In this document: piece by piece, positions 54,137 to 63,716 of the stretch
How positions within the stretch are numbered: position 1 is the stretch's first letter
How the letters are laid out: the number at the start of each line of letters is the position of its first letter
Source: an uncultured Desulfarculus sp.
GTDB taxonomy: Bacteria; Desulfobacterota; Desulfarculia; Desulfarculales; Desulfarculaceae
NCBI GenBank assembly: GCA_963665125.2
Contig: CAXXUK010000001.1
Span: 1,856,001 to 1,920,000, forward strand
Reading direction: 5' to 3'
Length of the DNA: 64,000 nt
Made by a program: the position numbers and the translations under genes
Notes under the pieces: generated by a model
Told to the model about the DNA's origin: nothing
Database searches by the model: none
What the model saw: the letters and a program-made list of their open reading frames with translations, nothing else

Positions 54137-57100
54137 ATGGCTGAAAACATCAACAATCCAGTGGGAGCGGTCATGGTGGTGGGCGGCGGTATCGCCTCCA
54201 TCCAGGCCTCGTTGGATCTGGCCGACAGCGGCTACTACGTCTACATGGTCGAGAAATCCTCGGCCATCGGCGGCGTCATGGCCCAGTTGGACAAGACCTT
54301 CCCGACCAACGACTGCTCAATGTGCATCCTGTCGCCCAAACTCGTGGAGGCCGGACGCCATCCCAACATCGAAGTGCTGACCATGGCCGATGTCAGGAGC
54401 ATCGACGGCCATGCCGGCAATTTCCAGGTCCAGGTGCACCAGCAAGCCCGTTACATCGACATGGGCAAGTGCATCGCCTGCGGGGCCTGCGCCCAGAAAT
54501 GCCCCAAACGCATCGACGACGAGTTCAACGAAAAACTTAACAAACGCCACGCGGCCCACGTGAAATATCCCCAGGCAGTGCCGTTGAAGTACGTCATCGA
54601 CAAGGAAAACTGCCTTTATTTCCAAAAGGGCAAGTGCCGGGCCTGCGAAAAGTTCTGCCCGGCCAACGCGGTTAACTTTGACGAGCTGGACATCGAGCGC
54701 ACCCTCAACGTGGGCTCGGTTATCCTGGCCGCGGGCTACAAGCCCGTGGATCCGGGCCAGTGGGGCATCCACACCCAGGCCTTCAGGGACTTCCCCAACG
54801 TGGTCACCGCGCTCCAGTTCGAGCGCATCCTCAGCGCCAGCGGCCCCTGGATGGGCCACCTGGTGCGGCCCGGCGACAACAAGGAGCCCAAGAAAATCGC
54901 CTGGTTGCAGTGCGTTGGCAGCCGCGATGTCAACACATGCAACAACGGATACTGCTCGGCGGTGTGCTGCATGTACGCCATCAAGGAGGCCGTGATCGCC
55001 AAGGAGCACAGTCACGAGCCCCTGGACACGGCGATCTTCTATATGGATATGCGCACCTACGGCAAGGACTTCGAGCGGACCTACGAAGCGGCCAAGGACA
55101 AGGGCATCCGCTTCATCCGCAGCCGCAACCCTTCCATGATCCAGAAGCCAAACGGCAATATCGAACTAACCTGGATATCCGAAAACGGCGCCCTGAGCGT
55201 CGAGGAATTCGACCTTGTGGTCTTGAGCCAGGGTCTGGAAATGCACCCGGAGAGCATGGAACTGTGCCAACGCATCGGCGTGGACCTTGGTCAGAGCCGT
55301 TTCGTGGCCACCAGCGACTTCGCGCCCGTGGCCTCCAGCCGCCCGGGCATCTATGTCTGCGGCGCCATGGCCGGCCCCAAGGACATCCCCACCTCGGTGA
55401 TGGAGGCCTCGGCGGCCGCCTGCGCCGCGGCGGGCAACCTGTACAAGGCCAGGGGCTCGCTGATTACCGAGCATGAACTGCCGCCAAAGCGCGACATTAA
55501 CGGTGAACGGCCCAAAGTCGGCGTTTTCGTCTGTTCCTGCGGCATCAACATCGCCGGCGTGGTGGATGTGGACCAGGTCAAGAAATATGCCGCCACCCTG
55601 CCCAACGTGGAGTACGTGGAAAACAACCTTTTCACCTGCTCCCAGGACACCCAGGACAAGATGGCCAAGGTCATCGCCGAGCAGGGTCTCAACCGCATCG
55701 TGGTGGCGGCCTGCAGCCCGCGCACCCACGAGCCGCTGTTCAGGGAAACCCTGGAGGCGGCCGGGCTCAACAAATACCTGTTCGAACTGGCCAATATCCG
55801 CAACCAGGACTCCTGGGTCCATGCCGACGATCCGGCAGCGGCCACCAAAAAGGCTGAGGACGCCGTGCGCATGGCCGTGGCCAAGGCCAGCCTGCTGGAG
55901 CCCCTGACCGAGGCCAACTTGACGATTTTGCCCAAGGCCATGGTCATCGGCGGCGGCATCTCCGGCATGAACGCGGCCCTGGAGCTGGCCAAGCAAGGCT
56001 TCGAAACCCATCTGGTGGAGCGCGACAACAAGCTGGGCGGCAACGCCCGCATGCTGCGGACCACGGCCAAGGGCGACGATGTCCAGGCTCATCTGGCCAA
56101 GCTCACAACCAAGGTCGAAACCGAACCGCTGATCAAGCTGCACCTGGGTTCGACGCTCAAGGAAGTCGACGGCTTCGTGGGTAATTTCAAAACCACGCTG
56201 ACCTCGGACAAGGGCGACGAAGTCGTGGAGCACGGCGCCACCATCATCTGCACCGGCGCGGCCGAATACAAGCCCACGGAGTATCTCTATGGCGAGCACA
56301 AGGCTGTCATGACCCACCAGGAAATCGACGCCGCCTTTATCAGCGGCGAGTTGGATCCGGCCAAGGTGGGCGCGGCGGTGTTCATCCAGTGCGTCGGCTC
56401 ACGTGAGCCCGAGCGTCCCTACTGCTCCAAGGTTTGCTGCACCCACAGCGTCGAGTCAGCTCTTCACCTCAAGGAGACCAACCCGGACTGCCAGGTGGCG
56501 ATCATCTACCGCGACATGCGCACCTTCGGCGAGCGGGAGTATCTGTATCAGAAAGCCCGCGAGGCCGGCGTGATCTTCATCCGCTACAGCCTGGACTGCA
56601 AACCAGTGGTGAGCGCCGACGGCGACAAGGTCACCGTCAAGGTCTTCGACCCGATCCTTGGCGCGGATGTGGCCATCAGCGCCGACTTGTTGGGCCTGGC
56701 CTCGTCCATCATCAGCCACCGAGATGAAGACCTGGCCCAGATGTTCAAGCTGCCCCTGGATTCCGACGGCTGGCTGTGCGAGGCCCACGTCAAACTGCGG
56801 CCGGTGGACTTCGCCACCGACGGCGTGTTCATGGCCGGCATCTGCCACTATCCCAAGCCCGTGGAAGAGGCCATCAGTCAGGCCCAGGCCGCTGTCAGCC
56901 GGGCCATAACCGTGTTGTCCAAGGCCGAGATGAATCTGCCGGGCACGGTGGCCAATATCGACAAGTCCAAGTGCGTGGGCTGCGGCGTGTGCTGGGAGAT
57001 CTGCCCGTATTCGGCTATCGGCCAGGACGAAAACGGCTTGGCCGTGGTGAACGAGGCCCTGTGCAAGGGCTGCGGCACCTGCGTGGCCCACTGCCGGTCC

Positions 57101-57172
57101 GGCGCGCCCAACCTGCGGGGCTTCAGCAACCAGGACGTGATGAGCCAGATTGAAACCATGCTCCTTGGCTAA
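54137..57172 (+). CDS. hdrA: Large heterodisulfide reductase subunit A (two HdrA-type FAD modules)
   Basis: LDKTFPTNDCSMC, inserted 2x[4Fe-4S], QCVGSRD..YCSAVCC, GVFVCSCG, second VIGGGISG and QCVGSR..YCSKVCC, C-terminal ferredoxin; GAGGAG RBS. Confidence 0.93.
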   Translation: MAENINNPVGAVMVVGGGIASIQASLDLADSGYYVYMVEKSSAIGGVMAQLDKTFPTNDCSMCILSPKLVEAGRHPNIEVLTMADVRSIDGHAGNFQVQVHQQARYIDMGKCIACGACAQKCPKRIDDEFNEKLNKRHAAHVKYPQAVPLKYVIDKENCLYFQKGKCRACEKFCPANAVNFDELDIERTLNVGSVILAAGYKPVDPGQWGIHTQAFRDFPNVVTALQFERILSASGPWMGHLVRPGDNKEPKKIAWLQCVGSRDVNTCNNGYCSAVCCMYAIKEAVIAKEHSHEPLDTAIFYMDMRTYGKDFERTYEAAKDKGIRFIRSRNPSMIQKPNGNIELTWISENGALSVEEFDLVVLSQGLEMHPESMELCQRIGVDLGQSRFVATSDFAPVASSRPGIYVCGAMAGPKDIPTSVMEASAAACAAAGNLYKARGSLITEHELPPKRDINGERPKVGVFVCSCGINIAGVVDVDQVKKYAATLPNVEYVENNLFTCSQDTQDKMAKVIAEQGLNRIVVAACSPRTHEPLFRETLEAAGLNKYLFELANIRNQDSWVHADDPAAATKKAEDAVRMAVAKASLLEPLTEANLTILPKAMVIGGGISGMNAALELAKQGFETHLVERDNKLGGNARMLRTTAKGDDVQAHLAKLTTKVETEPLIKLHLGSTLKEVDGFVGNFKTTLTSDKGDEVVEHGATIICTGAAEYKPTEYLYGEHKAVMTHQEIDAAFISGELDPAKVGAAVFIQCVGSREPERPYCSKVCCTHSVESALHLKETNPDCQVAIIYRDMRTFGEREYLYQKAREAGVIFIRYSLDCKPVVSADGDKVTVKVFDPILGADVAISADLLGLASSIISHRDEDLAQMFKLPLDSDGWLCEAHVKLRPVDFATDGVFMAGICHYPKPVEEAISQAQAAVSRAITVLSKAEMNLPGTVANIDKSKCVGCGVCWEICPYSAIGQDENGLAVVNEALCKGCGTCVAHCRSGAPNLRGFSNQDVMSQIETMLLG

Positions 57173-57195
57173 AGGCCGGGGCATGTTTATGGAGT

Positions 57196-57654
57196 ATGAA
57201 AATGAGCGATAACGAACAATTCCAGCCCAGGATCGCCGCCTTTTTCTGCAACTGGTGCACCTATGGCGGCGCGGACCTAGCCGGTGTCAGCCGTCTGCAA
57301 TATCCGCCCAGCTTCAGGGTCGTGCGCATCCCCTGCACGGGCCGCATGAGCCCCAAGTTCATCCTGCAGGCCTTCCGCCTGGGGGCCGACGGCGTATGGG
57401 TCTCCGGCTGTCATCCCGGCGACTGCCACTACATCGCCGGCAACATGTATGCCCGCAGGCGCTTTACGATCATGAAAGACCTGCTGGAGTACGTGGGCCT
57501 GGAGCCTGGCCGCCTGCATTTTTCGTGGATATCCTCGGCCGAGGCAACGAAATTCCAGGCCACGGCCATTGAGGTCACCGAAGCGGTCCGCGCCCTGGGC
57601 CCGGCCAAATTCATGCGCAAGGACATCAAACAGGGACTATTAGAGGTGGCCTAA
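57196..57654 (+). CDS. mvhD: MvhD/FlxD [2Fe-2S] subunit
   Basis: FCNWCTYGGADLAG, IPCTGR, GCHPGDCHY, WISSAE. Confidence 0.93.
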   Translation: MKMSDNEQFQPRIAAFFCNWCTYGGADLAGVSRLQYPPSFRVVRIPCTGRMSPKFILQAFRLGADGVWVSGCHPGDCHYIAGNMYARRRFTIMKDLLEYVGLEPGRLHFSWISSAEATKFQATAIEVTEAVRALGPAKFMRKDIKQGLLEVA

Positions 57655-58604
57655 TGCAACAGCGAACTGAAAAAATCCGCGAGATGGCCAAGCAGCTTTT
57701 GGCCGACGGCGCGGTGGACGTGGTGATCGGCTACCGCAAGGGCACCGTGGCCATGCGTGAGCAGCCGTTTGTCGCCCATACTCCCGAAGAGGCCGACGAA
57801 CTGGTATGGACCGGCTTCTGCTGCAACAACCTGGCTAACTTGATGCCCCGCCGCGAAGACAAAGTGGGCGTGGTGGCCCAGGGTTGCGTCAGCCGCAACA
57901 TCGTCGGCCTGATCCAGGAAAACCAGGTGGACCGCGACCGCGTCAAGGTCATCGGCGTGCCCTGCCTGGGCATGGTATCCAAGCGCAAGGTCGAAGCCGC
58001 GGTGGACTTTAAGCCCATCTTCGAGGCCATCGAGGACGGCGACAAGCTCATCGTCAAGGGCAAGGGTTTTGGGGAGACGTTGGAGCGCAAGCAGATGCTG
58101 CGGGACAACTGCTTCACCTGCCAGCACCGCAACCCGGTCATCGACGACGGCCTGGTCTGCGACAAGGTCGACGACGCGGCCGGCGGCGACATCGACAAGA
58201 TGGCCGCCCCCTGGGCCGATTTCGAGCCGGGGGAACGCTGGGAAAAATTCCAGGATTCGTTCAGCGACTGCATCCGCTGCTATGCCTGCCGCGACGCCTG
58301 CCCGCTGTGCTATTGCCACGTCTGCTTCGTGGACGAGGCCAAGCCCCAGTGGTGCGGCAAGACCCAGGACACCGCCGACGTGCAGACGTTCCACATCCTG
58401 CGGGCCTTCCACTGCGCGGGCCGCTGCACCGACTGCGGCGCCTGCGAATCGGCGTGTCCCATGGACATCAAGATGCGCCTGTTGACATCCAGGATCGAAA
58501 GGGACGTCCGCGAAAGATACGACTATAAGCCCGGCATGGACATCAAGGCCACGCCGCCGATGAGCGTGTATCGTCCCAACGATCCGCAGGAATTCATCAA
58601 GTAA
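57654..58604 (+). CDS. flxC: FlxC-like 4Fe-4S protein
   Basis: VDVVIGY, CIRCYACRDACPLCYC..C, HCAGRCTDCGACESACP. Confidence 0.85.
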   Translation: MQQRTEKIREMAKQLLADGAVDVVIGYRKGTVAMREQPFVAHTPEEADELVWTGFCCNNLANLMPRREDKVGVVAQGCVSRNIVGLIQENQVDRDRVKVIGVPCLGMVSKRKVEAAVDFKPIFEAIEDGDKLIVKGKGFGETLERKQMLRDNCFTCQHRNPVIDDGLVCDKVDDAAGGDIDKMAAPWADFEPGERWEKFQDSFSDCIRCYACRDACPLCYCHVCFVDEAKPQWCGKTQDTADVQTFHILRAFHCAGRCTDCGACESACPMDIKMRLLTSRIERDVRERYDYKPGMDIKATPPMSVYRPNDPQEFIK

Positions 58605-58615
58605 GGGTGGGCGTG

Positions 58616-59644
58616 ATGGCAAACAAGATATTAGCAAAAGACAAGCTGGGCGAATTCATCGCCAAGCTGGGCCAGGGCGCCGAGGTGTTCGCTCCCAAGC
58701 AGGACGGGGCCAAGACGACGTGGCAGGCGGTATCGTCGGCCGACGACGTGGACTTCGACTTCGTCAACACCGACATGTCGCCCAAGGACTTTTTCTTTCC
58801 CCAGACCGAGTGCATGATGCACTTCAAGAACGACCCCGGCGCCGAAGACGGCATGATCTTCCAGGCCGAGGAGGTGATCGCCACGCCCAAGTCGATCTTG
58901 AACATGCGCCCCTGCGACGCCAAGGCCTTCCAGATTCTGGACATGATCTTTGTCCAGGACGAGATGACCGACGACCTGTACTGGCGGCTCAAGCGCGAGC
59001 AGAGCCTGATCTGCGGCCTGGCCTGCAACGAGCCCTGCCCCACCTGCTTCTGCAGTAGCGTCAACTGCGGTCCGCACCATGAGGTGGGCCAGGACCTGCA
59101 GTTGGTGGACCTGGGCGACAAGTTCCTGGTCAAGGTGCTCAGCGAAAAGGGCGAGGCCAAGGTCGACGACCTGCCTGACGCCGCGGACGCCGACGAGGCC
59201 AAGGCGGCCGAACTGAAGGCCTCCGCCGAGGCGGCCATGGTCTCCAAGGTCTCCACGGACAAGATCGCCGAAAAGGAGATCCTGGAGCTGTATGAAGACG
59301 CCATGTGGGACAGGGTGTACGAGGGCTGCCTCAACTGCGGCACCTGCACGTTCGTCTGCCCCACCTGCCACTGCTTCGACATCCAGGACGAGGTCCAGGG
59401 CGACTACGGCCGCCGGGTGCGCAACTGGGACTACTGCATGAGCTGGTTGTTCACCATGCACGGCACGGGCCACAACCCCCGTGGCACCAAGAAGAGCCGG
59501 GTGCGTCAGCGTTTCATGCATAAATTCAAGTACATTCCGGTCAAGCGTGACGGCGAGATCGGTTGTGTTGGCTGCGGCCGCTGCATCCAGATGTGTCCCG
59601 TGAACATCGACGTGCGCCAGGTCGTGGACCAGATGAACTCTTAA
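58616..59644 (+). CDS. flxB: FlxB-like (AsrA-type) 4Fe-4S protein
   Basis: SPKDFFFP, RPCD, CFC, CLNCGTCTFVCPTCHCF, RQRFMHK, CVGCGRC..CP. Confidence 0.85.
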   Translation: MANKILAKDKLGEFIAKLGQGAEVFAPKQDGAKTTWQAVSSADDVDFDFVNTDMSPKDFFFPQTECMMHFKNDPGAEDGMIFQAEEVIATPKSILNMRPCDAKAFQILDMIFVQDEMTDDLYWRLKREQSLICGLACNEPCPTCFCSSVNCGPHHEVGQDLQLVDLGDKFLVKVLSEKGEAKVDDLPDAADADEAKAAELKASAEAAMVSKVSTDKIAEKEILELYEDAMWDRVYEGCLNCGTCTFVCPTCHCFDIQDEVQGDYGRRVRNWDYCMSWLFTMHGTGHNPRGTKKSRVRQRFMHKFKYIPVKRDGEIGCVGCGRCIQMCPVNIDVRQVVDQMNS

Positions 59645-59659
59645 GGGGAGGGATAAGTC

Positions 59660-60499
59660 ATGAGAAACACCTACGTCCCTTACCCGGTCCGCATCAAGGA
59701 CGTGATCGTCGAGACCGAGGACAAGCAGCTGCGTTCCTTCTGGTTCGAGTTTTTGAACGAGGAAGACGCGGACGCTTTCAAATACATTCCGGGCCAGTTT
59801 GGCGAGCTTTCGATCCCCGGCTACGGCGAGATCCCCATCGGTATCGCCTCCAGCCCCACCGAGGGCAAGGACCTTTTGTTTACGGTCAACAAGGTCGGCA
59901 ACGTCAGCTCCCGGCTGCACAACATGAAGCCCGGCGACATCATGGGCATCCGGGGCCCCTTGGGCAACAGCTATCCGCTCAAGGAAATGGAAGGCAAGAA
60001 CGTGGTCATCGTGGCCGGCGGTTTCGCCGTCACGACCCTGCGCTCGACCATGAACTGGCTCTTGCACCCGGACAACCGGGACCGCTACGGCAAGATCACC
60101 TTCATCTACGGCGCGCGCACGCCGGGCATGCTCTTGTACGAGAACGAATGGCGCACCTGGATGGCCCGGGAAGACTGCGACATCCATGTGACCATCGACC
60201 GCGAGTGCGAGGGCTGGGACTGCCTGGTGGGCTTCGTGCCCACGGTTACCGGCGAGGTGGCCCCGCCGGCCGAGAACTCGGTGGCCCTGATATGCGGCCC
60301 GCCGATCATGATCAAGTTCACCCAGCCTGTCTTTGACAAGCTGGGCTGGCAGCCCGATCAGATCGTGATGAGCCTGGAAAACCGCATGAAGTGCGGCATC
60401 GGCATCTGCGGCCGCTGCAACGTGGGCCCCTACTACGTCTGCAAGGACGGACCGGTCTTCACCAAGAAGGAGCTGGACAAGCTGCCCGGTGAATACTAA
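59660..60499 (+). CDS. flxA: FlxA-like FAD/NAD-binding [2Fe-2S] oxidoreductase (AsrB/PyrK type)
   Basis: PGQF, GEIPIG, RGPLGN, VAGG, YGARTP, CGPPIM, MKCGIGICGRC..VCKDGPVF. Confidence 0.88.
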   Translation: MRNTYVPYPVRIKDVIVETEDKQLRSFWFEFLNEEDADAFKYIPGQFGELSIPGYGEIPIGIASSPTEGKDLLFTVNKVGNVSSRLHNMKPGDIMGIRGPLGNSYPLKEMEGKNVVIVAGGFAVTTLRSTMNWLLHPDNRDRYGKITFIYGARTPGMLLYENEWRTWMAREDCDIHVTIDRECEGWDCLVGFVPTVTGEVAPPAENSVALICGPPIMIKFTQPVFDKLGWQPDQIVMSLENRMKCGIGICGRCNVGPYYVCKDGPVFTKKELDKLPGEY

Positions 60500-60511
60500 T
60501 AGGCAAAATTG

Positions 60512-60541
60512 ACGACGGGTCAAATCGGCCCGTCGTTTTTT
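60512..60541 (+). terminator. Intrinsic terminator after flxA
   Basis: ACGACGGGTC-AAATC-GGCCCGTCGT-TTTTT. Confidence 0.75.
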
Positions 60542-60597
60542 ATACACAAATACCCTAGTTTATCGATCGTTATAATAACTTTAGCTGGGAGAACAAC

Positions 60598-61920
60598 ATG
60601 TCCCAAGCATTGACCCCGGCGGCCCTGCCACCGGAAGTAAAGGAAAAGCTCTCCAACCTCAACCTGTGCCTGACCTGCGGCACGTGCAGCGCGGGCTGCC
60701 CCATCACCGGCAACCCGTCCGAGGACATGCAAGGCTTGGATATACGCAAGGTTTTCCGCATGCTTGCCTACGGCATGCTCGACGAGGTGGTCAACAGCCG
60801 CTTCCCCTGGCTCTGCACCGGTTGCGGCCGCTGCGCGGCGGCCTGCCCCATGGACCTGGACACCCCGGCGATCATGGGTTTCATGAAGCACCTGCGTCCC
60901 AGGGACAAGGTGCCCGGCATCCTGCACAAGGGCGTTGAGCAAGTCCTGAACACGGGCAACAACATGGGGATCCCCCGGGACGACTACTTGTTTACAATGG
61001 CCGATATGGGTGTGGAAATGGCCGAGGAGTGCTGCCCCGGCTTCTATGTGCCCGTGGACAAGCAGGACGCCTCCGTCTTTTTCTTCCCCAACTCCAAGGA
61101 AGTCTTCGGCGATTTTGAGGACATGAAATGGTGGTGGAAGATTTTCTACGCCGCCAGGGAAAACTGGACCATCCCCAGTGAAAACTGGGAGGCCGTGGAC
61201 TGGGGTCTTTTCACCGGCAACTACGAGGCCACAGCCATCCTGGCCCAGCGCAAGATAGACATGATGAAGCAGTTCAACATCGACCGGATGATCATGCCCG
61301 ACTGCGGTGGCGGGTCATACGGCTGCCGCATGGGCATGAAGACCTGCGCCATCGGCAACCCGGACAACAAGGTCAACTGGATCTACCTTTACGACTACCT
61401 CAAAGAGGTTATCCAGCAGGGCCGCATCAAGCTGGACAAGAGCGTCAACGAAGGCAAGATTTTCACCTGGCACGACTCATGTAAGCACGGACGGGAGCTT
61501 CAGCGCCATTACGATCACGGCTATTTCGAGGAACCGCGCTGGATCATCCAGCAGTGCGTGGACCAGTTCGTGGACATGGAGCCCAGCAACATGAACAATT
61601 ATTGCTGCGGCGCGGGCGGCGGCAACTGGCCAATGCCCTATGAAAACGACTCCGCCTGGCATGGGCGAAAGAAGTACGAGCAGATCAAACGATCCGGGGC
61701 CAACGTGGTGGTGGTGGGCTGTTCAAACTGCCACGATCAGATAATGAAACGCCTGCCCAAGTACTACACCGATTATAAATACGAAGTGAAATACATCTGG
61801 GAATTGGTGGCCGACAGCCTGGTCATCGAGCCCTGGGCCGAAGAGGAGATCGCCACGTCCGAGGCCGAGGCGGCCGCCCAGTGGGAACGTTTGGGCGTTG
61901 ACCTGGATATGGAGTTTTAA
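60598..61920 (+). CDS. HdrD/DsrK-like Fe-S protein (2x[4Fe-4S] + CCG domain)
   Basis: CLTCGTCSAGCP, CTGCGRCAAACP, WHDSC, YCCGAGGG, GCSNC. Confidence 0.88.
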   Translation: MSQALTPAALPPEVKEKLSNLNLCLTCGTCSAGCPITGNPSEDMQGLDIRKVFRMLAYGMLDEVVNSRFPWLCTGCGRCAAACPMDLDTPAIMGFMKHLRPRDKVPGILHKGVEQVLNTGNNMGIPRDDYLFTMADMGVEMAEECCPGFYVPVDKQDASVFFFPNSKEVFGDFEDMKWWWKIFYAARENWTIPSENWEAVDWGLFTGNYEATAILAQRKIDMMKQFNIDRMIMPDCGGGSYGCRMGMKTCAIGNPDNKVNWIYLYDYLKEVIQQGRIKLDKSVNEGKIFTWHDSCKHGRELQRHYDHGYFEEPRWIIQQCVDQFVDMEPSNMNNYCCGAGGGNWPMPYENDSAWHGRKKYEQIKRSGANVVVVGCSNCHDQIMKRLPKYYTDYKYEVKYIWELVADSLVIEPWAEEEIATSEAEAAAQWERLGVDLDMEF

Positions 61921-61943
61921 CCGGTTCCTTTGACAACCGAAAT

Positions 61944-61975
61944 GGGGCGTCCCTGAAGGGGGCGCCCTTTATTTT
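61944..61975 (+). terminator. Terminator between the convergent CCG-domain genes
   Basis: GGGGCGTCCC-TGAA-GGGGGCGCCC-TTTATTTT. Confidence 0.7.
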
Positions 61976-63135
61976 CTCTGGCTGATGAGGCCGCCGACGG
62001 TTTGGCGGGCCAGATCCTTTTTCAGACGAAGCCGGTTGAGGTATGTCCAGGGCCAACCCGAAACCTTGGGCCGGTGATTTTCGACCACCAATGGGTCGTA
62101 CAACAAATCCAGGACATGCACGGCATCCATCCGGCGCGAGAGCGTTCCCGCGCAACCGGCGCAGTAGGTCACTACCCGCCTGCCGTCGGTTTCCCGGGCC
62201 CGCATGTCGGTCCAGACATTGGCCAGCCGGGGATTGACACAGCCCACCCCTCCGCCCTCTCCACAGCAAATCGTCTCTTTTTCACTGTGTTTGGTTTCTT
62301 GGACGCTACCACCCAATATGCCGATCAGCTCACGCACGGCCGAATGAACGGAGGTGTTGCCGCGAACGGCGCAGGGGTCATGAACGGCCGCAATCCAAAA
62401 TGCCGCCGGGCTGTAACCGGTGACGCTGCCGGCCAGTTCTTCATACACGGTTATGGTTTCCAACTCGGACGCATATTTTGCAAAGGTCGCGTGGCAGTTG
62501 GGGCAGGCCACCAGGACCCGCTCGACGCCATTGGTGCGCAACAAATCCTTCAGCGGATTGAACATGGCCTGGAAATGTCCCATGCGGCCCAGGTCTTCCG
62601 AGGGCTTGTGGCAGCAATCGAGGACCACGCCAAGGCCGGGTTCCCTGTTGCGCAGGGTTTCTATGAGCCAGCGGGTCGCTCCGGGCCGGGTGCCGGGCAA
62701 GGTGCAGCCCGGGAACAAAACACTGCGGCAGCCCTCGGGCAGATGATAAAAGCTGTACCGGGGAGAGGCCCCCTTGGCCTCGTAGGCCAGCAAACGGCGG
62801 TATGGCCGCAGATTGACCGTACCGTTATCAACGGCCTGGCGGCGCATGCCCTCGAAAAAAGCCCTTGAGTCCAGGCCCACCGGACAGACCTCGGTACACA
62901 AACCGCACATGCCGCACTCATAGGCCAGTCTGGCCGCTGCTTCTCCATTGCAGAGCCTTTGGGCTATCTCTCCAGGTGTGCCGTATTGCTGCAAAAATCC
63001 GCATTCCTTGGCACAAAGCCCACAGTTGGTGCAGGCCATGGCCAGACGTTGGGCCTGATCAATCAGCCCAGCATTATCGGATGACTCAAGCTGCGCGGCC
63101 TTTTTATCTATCTGTTGTAGGGGTTTGAAGGTCAT
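61969..63135 (-). CDS. Fe-S oxidoreductase with two CCG domains (GlpC/HdrD-like)
   Basis: CTNCGLC, CGMCGLCTEVCP, FPGC, DCC, ACPNC, HDPC, CCGEGG, YCAGC. Confidence 0.85.
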   Translation of the reverse strand: MTFKPLQQIDKKAAQLESSDNAGLIDQAQRLAMACTNCGLCAKECGFLQQYGTPGEIAQRLCNGEAAARLAYECGMCGLCTEVCPVGLDSRAFFEGMRRQAVDNGTVNLRPYRRLLAYEAKGASPRYSFYHLPEGCRSVLFPGCTLPGTRPGATRWLIETLRNREPGLGVVLDCCHKPSEDLGRMGHFQAMFNPLKDLLRTNGVERVLVACPNCHATFAKYASELETITVYEELAGSVTGYSPAAFWIAAVHDPCAVRGNTSVHSAVRELIGILGGSVQETKHSEKETICCGEGGGVGCVNPRLANVWTDMRARETDGRRVVTYCAGCAGTLSRRMDAVHVLDLLYDPLVVENHRPKVSGWPWTYLNRLRLKKDLARQTVGGLISQRK

Positions 63136-63287
63136 AGGGCAATGCTAGACCAAGGTTCACTATCCGTAAAATAGCTAATTGCCATCAACAACACCATTAT
63201 TAATCCGCAGTTACTATTGCCCTTAGCCTTTCGGCTGAAACCGGCCGTGTGTTACGCTGCTCCAAGCAATTATATATGGAGCGTAAA

Positions 63288-63656
63288 ATGGCTGATGCAA
63301 AGGTAAATGCCGTCCAAGAGGCGGTGCAACTGTATTTCGACGGACTGTACAACAACGACGTGGACAAACTGCGCAAGGCATTTCATCCCCAGGCGGAATT
63401 GGTGGGCATATACAAGGGCCATTTCGCCTGGATCAGCCTGGAGGACTTCCTGGCGCCCATAGGCAAATCCAAATCACCGGCCGAGCGCGGTGACGCCTAC
63501 AACAACCATATCGTCAGCATCGACCTCACCGGCGATGTGGCCATTGCCAAAGTGGACGACGAATACGCGGGCCAGCGTTTCACCGACTACCTGACCCTGC
63601 ACAAATTCGACGAAGGCTGGCGGATCGTCCACAAGGCCTATCACCACTACAGCTAA
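63288..63656 (+). CDS. NTF2-like (Lumazine_bd_2) protein
   Basis: YFDGLY..D...LRKAFHP.A, IDLTGDVAIAKV, FTDYLTLHK...WRIVHK. Confidence 0.85.
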   Translation: MADAKVNAVQEAVQLYFDGLYNNDVDKLRKAFHPQAELVGIYKGHFAWISLEDFLAPIGKSKSPAERGDAYNNHIVSIDLTGDVAIAKVDDEYAGQRFTDYLTLHKFDEGWRIVHKAYHHYS

Positions 63657-63662
63657 TAAAAG

Positions 63663-63693
63663 TGCCCGGAGAGGCGTGGCGCCTTTCCGGGCA
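63663..63693. terminator. Stem-loop between convergent genes
   Basis: TGCCCGGAGAGGCG-TGG-CGCCTTTCCGGGCA. Confidence 0.65.
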
Positions 63694-63716
63694 AATTACC
63701 AACCATTACAGGCGGC

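Noticed and set aside
54137..57654. Selenocysteine in HdrA or MvhD
   Set aside because: The relevant positions are Cys codons, and both ORFs are full length with no in-frame TGA.
58631..60547. 638-aa - strand ORF, and similar long antisense ORFs at 3032-4267, 6892-8163, 21473-22603, 51989-53359 and 55166-56317
   Set aside because: They mirror well-supported genes on the opposite strand; typical high-GC artefacts.
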